Virus record (IMG/VR): IMGVR_UViG_3300021197_001671
Location: 1 to 52,642 of that record
Direction: 5' to 3' (one strand)
Source: a virus
Lineage: Duplodnaviria; Caudoviricetes
Length of the DNA: 52,642 nt
Of this stretch, positions 46,724 to 52,642 are shown in pieces. A model generated the notes under the pieces. It searched no databases and was not told the origin of the DNA. It saw only the letters and a list, made by a program, of their open reading frames with translations. A program made the position numbers and the translations under genes. The number at the start of each line of letters is the position of its first letter. Positions within the stretch are counted from its first letter, which is position 1.

Positions 46724-48248
46724 CAGTCTTCCCCTTGTCCTTCTCCTTGCTGTCAGACTTGTCATTATTACTACTGGCCGCGTCGTTATCATCAAGTTGA
46801 TTACCAGCGTTACTGAACTTAGAAGGGTCGATATCAAACACAAGGTCACCCCACATCTCTCTGTCCTGAGTCCATTTCTCACATATGTCAGCAAGTTTCT
46901 CACCGAATGCCTGTGCACCCTGTGACGGTGACATTAGACCAGCACGTATCTTCTTGACTATGATGTCCAATTCTTCGGTAGGGTTGACTGCTGAGCGTTG
47001 CGGGAACGTCCATACAGGTCTCACTTTGCTCATGTTGATTCTATTAACGAGCGAGTTGGTCTGAGAAAACCAAGAGTACACTGTGTTCAGGTGAGGTTTA
47101 AACATGAGTTTCTGTGCGAAATCTAACTCAATGTAGAAGTCCAGTTTAGACATTCTACCAGATGCAAAGTTGAACTTGCTGTAATCACCTGTCAGGTGTG
47201 AATAACCGAGTCCTGACCCAGCAGCAGCGTCCGTCTTGACTTCCTCAAGTAGCCCACTGTCGTTCGTACTAGGCGGGTTGACTGTGTTCACCTCCTGCCC
47301 CTGCTTGGTGTACATCACCATCCCTGATTCGAGGGTGTCGTAACGCTCATGCTTGTCACCATTATCAACGTTCTCATCTGCCTCAGATATGACAAGGGCG
47401 AGACAAGACGCAACCTGCTGTTGCATCACCTTCGCATCAACAAGGACATCGTAGTTGTCAAGTGCAGCGAGTGATTGAGCAAGCCATGTCACACCTAAGT
47501 GTTGACCACCTCGTTCCTTCCTGAACATATGGAACGCATCAACACCATCCTCAAGGTAAACTGATGTCTGCTCACCTCGGACGTTCAGACCTGATTTATC
47601 AGAGCGAATCCAGTAACCTTCCTTGCGACCACTTGCGTTGAACTGGATACCATCCTGAATGTACACTCCACCCTCGACAGACTGTGTATCCTTAGTCCTG
47701 TCTAGGTAGGTCTGCTCAATGGTTTGTAATGAAAACTCGAATGAGGCACCCATCGGTTCAACGTGCTTTCTGACAATGACACCACCAGTTTCGACAACAA
47801 TTGCAGCCCACAACCATTGCAGCCCATATAGGTCATACACACCGTCAAAATCACAGTTAGTACTTTCAGCCCATGTGTCCCACTGGTCACCGACCTTTTC
47901 GAGCGTCTTAACGTGTCGCTTGGTATCACGTTTGCTTTTGACGTCACGTGTGGTCACAAAGTCAGCCTTGATGCCAGAACCGACAATGTTACCCGCCCAC
48001 TGTTTTTTGATACGATATGCAAGAGGGTTGTTTCGACATGCCTCCTGAGCCACATCAGCAAGCGTGTTAGCAGCCGCACTCACCTCACTTGCTGCTGACG
48101 TCTTGCGACGGAATATATCACTACCTCTACGACCGTCTTTTATTGCATCGTACCCACGTTCAACGAGTGCTGTCGCATGTCGAGCACGAGCACGAGCTAA
48201 CCCACGTTCAGGTGATACAGCAGCAATCATTTTCTCAAAGATGTTCAT
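46716..48248 (-). CDS. Portal protein, lambda gpB family
   Basis: RNNP..NIVGSGI, R.GQHLGVTWLA, LTGDYSKFNFASGR. Confidence 0.92.
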   Translation of the reverse strand: MNIFEKMIAAVSPERGLARARARHATALVERGYDAIKDGRRGSDIFRRKTSAASEVSAAANTLADVAQEACRNNPLAYRIKKQWAGNIVGSGIKADFVTTRDVKSKRDTKRHVKTLEKVGDQWDTWAESTNCDFDGVYDLYGLQWLWAAIVVETGGVIVRKHVEPMGASFEFSLQTIEQTYLDRTKDTQSVEGGVYIQDGIQFNASGRKEGYWIRSDKSGLNVRGEQTSVYLEDGVDAFHMFRKERGGQHLGVTWLAQSLAALDNYDVLVDAKVMQQQVASCLALVISEADENVDNGDKHERYDTLESGMVMYTKQGQEVNTVNPPSTNDSGLLEEVKTDAAAGSGLGYSHLTGDYSKFNFASGRMSKLDFYIELDFAQKLMFKPHLNTVYSWFSQTNSLVNRINMSKVRPVWTFPQRSAVNPTEELDIIVKKIRAGLMSPSQGAQAFGEKLADICEKWTQDREMWGDLVFDIDPSKFSNAGNQLDDNDAASSNNDKSDSKEKDKGKTDE

Positions 48249-48251
48249 TGA

Positions 48252-48446
48252 TTATCGCCCCTTTGTTACGCGTATCGCACGTACACCTGACGGTCGACGG
48301 TTGTCCAACTCATCCTTGTACTTGGCGATAGTCTTTCGCATCTCTGCTTGTGATGCGTATTTAACCCATGTATTACCCTCTCGAACCTCGGACACGCCTG
48401 ACACGAGTGCAAGTTCGAGGTTTTCAATATCAGCTTGTGTGACCAT
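48252..48446 (-). CDS. gpW-like head completion protein
   Basis: 64 aa between terminase and portal; LE.ALVSGV.EV...VKY.S. Confidence 0.8.
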   Translation of the reverse strand: MVTQADIENLELALVSGVSEVREGNTWVKYASQAEMRKTIAKYKDELDNRRPSGVRAIRVTKGR

Positions 48447-50503
48447 TAGTGTTTTTTCCTGTTACGTAACCAATTGGACTTACTCGTACGGTTGTTTACA
48501 CGTGACTCTGATTCATTATTATCAGTGATGTCACCTGAGTAGTCAACCGCACTCTCGGTTACACGTTCCTCTGGATGGTAGTAAGCCCTCTCACGGACAT
48601 CCCACGACTCCTCTGTCATTCTATCAACCTGCAACATTGAAGCCCCAGCACGGGCGTATGAGCGACAATCGAGATAATGGTTATCTTTTCTTGTCTTTTC
48701 CCACTGGTATGATACGAACCCCTTCTTATCCTCAATCTCAACGTATTGCTCAGCGGTAATCTGTTTAAAGAACTCTTCCTCGTACTCAGGGAAGTGACAA
48801 TATCCAGCAATATACTTAGCACCCTTCGAAAGCTGCTCGTCTGTCGGTGGCACATGGTTAAAGAACCCGTAATGCATTTGCTTGAGGGTCGATGAACCGA
48901 CTTTCCATAGCTTGAGACCGCGTGAGTGTCTTGTACCGTCACTGAACACGTCAACAGGTGTCGGTGTGCTGATTATCGACGTTTGTGTCTCTGATGGCAT
49001 ACCCTTCACAGCAACAACACGCGTATTATTGTAATCACGAACAAGGTTATAGACATGCTGTGTATACGCACCTGAATCCACACAAACACGTTCCGCTTTC
49101 AGTGGCATGTTTGGATAGTGAAATTCACGGTCAAACAATGTGTTGCAAATCTCAGCCTTGAACGTGTCTGTCCTGATGTCACCAGCCAAGAACCCTCTGT
49201 CAATAGACCACGATTCACGATTGCGACCGTAACCCACGTACTCGTAGAACACACCGTCACCCTGTACGTCGATACCACACGTGACCATCAGCACACCTTC
49301 AGGTAGTGTACCGACCTCATAATTCTCACGACGATTGTACATCTCAAGCCAATCAGGTTGCTCACCGACTTCTTTCCATGTCTCAGCCATTCGAGTGTTG
49401 TAGAACGCTTTCAGCAACTGAGGGCTAGACCCAGCATCCATGAACTCCTTGGCTAAAACGACAACTGGTGTGAATGGTGAGGCAAGGGACGTGACCTTGT
49501 AACTATGGTGCCACGTAACCAAGGGTTTCTTAGCATACCACTCACCGTTATCAATACTCCATCGACGGTCACCCTCTGACCATCTTGCGCCACATTCCTC
49601 ACTAGGACATACGATACACGCCTCTGAGTGCAACAGCTCACCCGTTTCTTTATCGACAGGGATATCGACATCAGACCACGACAGCTCATGCAACTCACCA
49701 CAATGTTTACAACGCTGTTTATAGACCTCTTGCGAACCTTTCAGGTACTCAGCCTCAATTCGTGACTTGCCTTGAACGGTTGGTGAACATGCTGTTATCT
49801 TCTTGGCTCGTTTGCCGTATGTTGTAGCACGACCCCAAGCAATAGCAATCGGGTCACCCTCACCGCCAGAGCCCTCAGAACCTGCACCCGTGTTAACAGG
49901 GTACTTGTCACACTCATCGAACATCATGATACGTACAGCACGCATCGCAAGGTCATCAGGGTTACGGGCAGATACGATTGAAATCTGACCACCTGCGTAT
50001 TGCTTTTGAAGGATGGTGTTACCTTCACCTCGACGGTTGCCGCTGAACGCCTTAGCTACAACAGGGGTTGCTTTGACCGACTTCATGAATCGTTCTTTTG
50101 ACCAAGCCTCAGCAATCTCTTTTTTCGGGGCAACATACATCAACGGGGAAGGTTCTTGGTGTATGAAATAGAGTGCAGTATTGAGCATTAACTCAGTTTT
50201 CATCAACTGGATGCATGACATTACTGTGATTTCTTGCACTTTCGGGTCAGATATTGACAACATCGGCTTACGTGCCGACGGTACCCGTGATGTGTGCCAT
50301 TGACCACCCTCGGCAGAGTTGTCAGGCAATTTGCGGTATTTATCAGCCCACTCAACCAAGTCTAGCTTAGGTGGTGGCTTAAGGTTCTCACGAAAAGCGC
50401 GGCTAATACCGTCACGTATTGCCGCTTTTGCTCCACTTGTAAGGTCGTGGACGTTTACATTATTCTGTCTGATACTCATTTTGTTATCACTCAGGTGTGT
50501 CAA
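48446..50503 (-). CDS. Terminase large subunit, lambda gpA family
   Basis: EWADKYR, QLMKTE, FDECDKYP, EGDP, CSPT, GIDVQ, VDSG, NHYLDCRSYA. Confidence 0.95.
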   Translation of the reverse strand: MTHLSDNKMSIRQNNVNVHDLTSGAKAAIRDGISRAFRENLKPPPKLDLVEWADKYRKLPDNSAEGGQWHTSRVPSARKPMLSISDPKVQEITVMSCIQLMKTELMLNTALYFIHQEPSPLMYVAPKKEIAEAWSKERFMKSVKATPVVAKAFSGNRRGEGNTILQKQYAGGQISIVSARNPDDLAMRAVRIMMFDECDKYPVNTGAGSEGSGGEGDPIAIAWGRATTYGKRAKKITACSPTVQGKSRIEAEYLKGSQEVYKQRCKHCGELHELSWSDVDIPVDKETGELLHSEACIVCPSEECGARWSEGDRRWSIDNGEWYAKKPLVTWHHSYKVTSLASPFTPVVVLAKEFMDAGSSPQLLKAFYNTRMAETWKEVGEQPDWLEMYNRRENYEVGTLPEGVLMVTCGIDVQGDGVFYEYVGYGRNRESWSIDRGFLAGDIRTDTFKAEICNTLFDREFHYPNMPLKAERVCVDSGAYTQHVYNLVRDYNNTRVVAVKGMPSETQTSIISTPTPVDVFSDGTRHSRGLKLWKVGSSTLKQMHYGFFNHVPPTDEQLSKGAKYIAGYCHFPEYEEEFFKQITAEQYVEIEDKKGFVSYQWEKTRKDNHYLDCRSYARAGASMLQVDRMTEESWDVRERAYYHPEERVTESAVDYSGDITDNNESESRVNNRTSKSNWLRNRKKH

Positions 50504-50744
50504 CGTACTCCTGTATCTGAATTTTCTTTCGCTCGATTGTCTGTATCACCCTTTCCCAATTAGAACGTTTAATCAGGTCAGCATTGATGAGGGTCTGCTT
50601 GGTCACACCTGTTACAAAATGCATTCTCATTGCGGTCTTATGGTTGTCACTTATCCCACTAAGGTCGAGTAACTTTAGGAACTTGTCACCCTCACGTCCC
50701 TCTATTATTGTACGTGGTAGCCTATCAGTCGTCATCTGAGTCAC
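50487..50744 (-). CDS. PapB/FocB-like small regulator
   Basis: FLKLLDLSGI..AMRMHFVTGVTKQ..IKRSNWERVI resembles the PapB family pattern by eye. Confidence 0.5.
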   Translation of the reverse strand: MTQMTTDRLPRTIIEGREGDKFLKLLDLSGISDNHKTAMRMHFVTGVTKQTLINADLIKRSNWERVIQTIERKKIQIQEYVDTPE

Positions 50745-51225
50745 CCCTCAGTCTATGTTCGTATTCAGACAGGTCATCCAATATTCGTTGAATTTCACCA
50801 CCTAGTTTTTCAATTATAGTATCCTCATCCTGATATGATAGCAACCCACCCATTTTGGTAGGTAGTGGCACAAGTGCTGTCCTGACCGTCATCAGTGCGT
50901 TGCCGAGTTCTTCAATGATTTCAGCAATCGGTGTCAACTCGTCACGTTTGATTGCAACATCAAGCTCACCGAGAGTCATCTTAGCGATTTCACCGCGTCG
51001 TTTGGCCTCCACCATAGTCAGACTCGCTGTGTCCTCATTCTCAACCTGTGACTTCGCAGCAGCCTTGAGTAGCTGACTCTCACGCCAGTGGAACACATCG
51101 GCAGGTGTAAACCTCACACCGTACTCAGTATTGTCATGAGGTAGCCCCTCAGAGAGCCATGACTGCAATGTCGGGTTCGGAATACCGAATAGTCGCCTAA
51201 GTGCGAGAGCGTTTAACTGAGCCAC
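50725..51225 (-). CDS. Terminase small subunit, gpNu1-like
   Basis: N-terminal winged HTH (LFGIPNPTLQSW..GLP..VFHW), then EAKRR..EL..ELTP coiled coil; GAGG RBS. Confidence 0.85.
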   Translation of the reverse strand: MAQLNALALRRLFGIPNPTLQSWLSEGLPHDNTEYGVRFTPADVFHWRESQLLKAAAKSQVENEDTASLTMVEAKRRGEIAKMTLGELDVAIKRDELTPIAEIIEELGNALMTVRTALVPLPTKMGGLLSYQDEDTIIEKLGGEIQRILDDLSEYEHRLRGDSDDD

Positions 51226-51385
51226 TGTTAGCCCTCCTCAGTGCATCGTGCATCTCAACGAATCGTTCACGACCTGACTTCTGGTTAGGGCAAGGTGGTT
51301 TACTTTCTTTTACGTCCCACCTTAGAGGACAATTGTCGCATACCATTTCGTCCTGCTCCCGTCTTTCCCTGCATGTAGTTACCAT
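51197..51385 (-). CDS. Small Cys-rich protein
   Basis: C..R.QDEMVCDNC.LRWD....PPCP; ATG after GGAGG. Confidence 0.65.
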   Translation of the reverse strand: MVTTCRERREQDEMVCDNCPLRWDVKESKPPCPNQKSGRERFVEMHDALRRANSGSVKRSRT

Positions 51386-51668
51386 GTGTCTTCCTCCACG
51401 ATTCTTGACCATACATTTCAGTATTATGTGCAAGTCTACCATTGTCATGAATTTTATGGAACTCATGGAATGCGCGTGTAACATCTAGACTCGCTGTCGA
51501 CAAGTATTTGAATACATCAGTCAGACCCCAAATCTCAATACCACACAAAATGACTTCCTTGTGTAAGTCACGTATCATTTGCGCTGTCTTACCCATTCGG
51601 GAAGGGGCTACTATGATAATACGTTTGTTCTGAAATTCTTCATTGACACCATTCGTTAATTCTTTCAT
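51300..51668 (-). CDS. Hypothetical protein
   Basis: 122 aa; isolated APSRMGKT P-loop-like string. Confidence 0.6.
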   Translation of the reverse strand: MKELTNGVNEEFQNKRIIIVAPSRMGKTAQMIRDLHKEVILCGIEIWGLTDVFKYLSTASLDVTRAFHEFHKIHDNGRLAHNTEMYGQESWRKTHGNYMQGKTGAGRNGMRQLSSKVGRKRK

Positions 51669-51674
51669 TTCATA

Positions 51675-52043
51675 TTACCCTAGGTTTCGTGCTCTACGCA
51701 CAGTCGAATAGTGTGATAGCACACCACCCACGTCACACATTCTGAACCCACTCTCATCGTGTTTGTTGTACGGATGATAGTGCAACATGTGTGCTTCGCG
51801 ATACTGTACGGGGCGAGGTACATCATGTACACACTGTACTGTCACACCTGATGCTGGTACACGTGCAACTCTGTCGTCAAACTCTATAATGACAAACCAA
51901 TGGTCGCTAGGACAGCGCTTAATGTTCAACGCATATTTAAACTCACCATGACTATTCGTCTTGAGTTTGATGTACGTCACAGGTACAACCTTGACAGGTA
52001 CAGCCTTGACACTTGGTTTACGCTTAGAAAAGAATCCGAACAC
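51675..52043 (-). CDS. Hypothetical protein
   Basis: GTG start after AAGGAG. Confidence 0.7.
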   Translation of the reverse strand: MFGFFSKRKPSVKAVPVKVVPVTYIKLKTNSHGEFKYALNIKRCPSDHWFVIIEFDDRVARVPASGVTVQCVHDVPRPVQYREAHMLHYHPYNKHDESGFRMCDVGGVLSHYSTVRRARNLG

Positions 52044-52069
52044 TGTGAAACTCCTTATTGATTTAGTTG

Positions 52070-52111
52070 ACTGTTGTAATAGTATATTAACTTGATGACT
52101 GTTGCAACAGT
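52070..52111 (-). promoter_or_regulatory. Promoter with two operator palindromes upstream of the terminase operon
   Basis: ACTGTTGTAATAGT 52070-52083, perfect ACTGTTGCAACAGT 52098-52111; minus strand TTGCAA-17 nt-TACTAT. Confidence 0.65.
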
Positions 52112-52115
52112 TATT

Positions 52116-52313
52116 TTATAAGTGATGTACAATTGTGGCGAATAACCCACCGAGACCACTTAGCAACCCACCTGTGACACAGAAATTAGAAAACGCGTTG
52201 TCGATGTACCACTGTCTATGATACGAGAAGTAGCAGTCACCAATCACTATCAGTATTGTGAATGGCATCAACATCACTGCGAACAACGCCCAGCTACTTA
52301 TGAACATCAGCAT
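52116..52313 (-). CDS. Two-helix membrane protein
   Basis: 65 aa with two hydrophobic segments. Confidence 0.6.
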   Translation of the reverse strand: MLMFISSWALFAVMLMPFTILIVIGDCYFSYHRQWYIDNAFSNFCVTGGLLSGLGGLFATIVHHL

Positions 52314-52540
52314 TTGTTCAACCTCTCAATCTCATCAATACTGAAAAGCTTTGTACCTTGGTCACTGACGTTCATCGGAGTCATACAGTTGTGACACGTA
52401 CTCACATGAAAGGTCACGTGCATCCCCCTAGGCTTCCTAGTCACAGGGCTCCACCATGTGCAATGTACACATTCGGTCACACGTATACGCTTCTGTTTAC
52501 CTGTCAGCCTTAAATCTAAAAACGTCATATCAACACTCAC
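52307..52540 (-). CDS. Small zinc-ribbon-like protein
   Basis: CVHC and CHNC pairs; operator ACTGTTGCAACACT upstream at 52581-52594. Confidence 0.55.
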   Translation of the reverse strand: MSVDMTFLDLRLTGKQKRIRVTECVHCTWWSPVTRKPRGMHVTFHVSTCHNCMTPMNVSDQGTKLFSIDEIERLNKC

Positions 52541-52642
52541 ATAGTTAAAAAACCAAGTCTAATAGTAACGCGTGACCATCACTGTTGCAACACTTAAATA
52601 GCCTAATTTTTTTTAATTTTTAAATTTTCTGAGTCTATACTC

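Noticed and set aside
51300-51668. P-loop NTPase or ParA partner
   Set aside because: Only an isolated APSRMGKT string in a 122 aa ORF; no Walker B and not the ParA-type KGGxGK motif.
1-52642. Integrase, CI repressor, tRNA genes, diversity-generating retroelement, DNA modification cluster
   Set aside because: No ORF or sequence with the diagnostic motifs was seen; absence was judged by eye only.

Overview
The window reads as a complete or near-complete ~52.6 kb long-tailed (sipho-type) dsDNA phage genome. The host is probably a marine gammaproteobacterium (inference from tail-tip gene type, sigma70 promoters and IHF sites). Layout: (i) a leftward operon of small unknown genes (211-3260); (ii) a ~1 kb non-coding control/origin region (3261-4402) with 28-bp tandem repeats, inverted TGACAC arrays and four IHF-type sites between divergent promoters; (iii) rightward early genes including ParB-like, MazG-like and Spo11/Top6A-like proteins; (iv) a replication block (primase-D5 helicase, nuclease, SSB, Cas4-like exonuclease, SF2 helicase, family B polymerase); (v) a minus-strand morphogenesis arm with lambda-type terminase/gpW/portal, holin/spanin genes, a protease-capsid fusion, a GroES homologue, two paralogous tail-tube genes, tape measure, tail tip and a probable endolysin. 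An oppositely oriented three-gene fibre cassette interrupts this arm. I saw no integrase, CI-type repressor, tRNA, CRISPR array or reverse transcriptase. The most striking unexplained structure is a 14-bp palindrome (ACTGTTGCAACAGT-like) present about 17 times, almost all intergenic and repeatedly on early/middle promoters, including twice on the promoter of the orphan ParB gene. All protein calls are by motif recognition only; no database searches were run.
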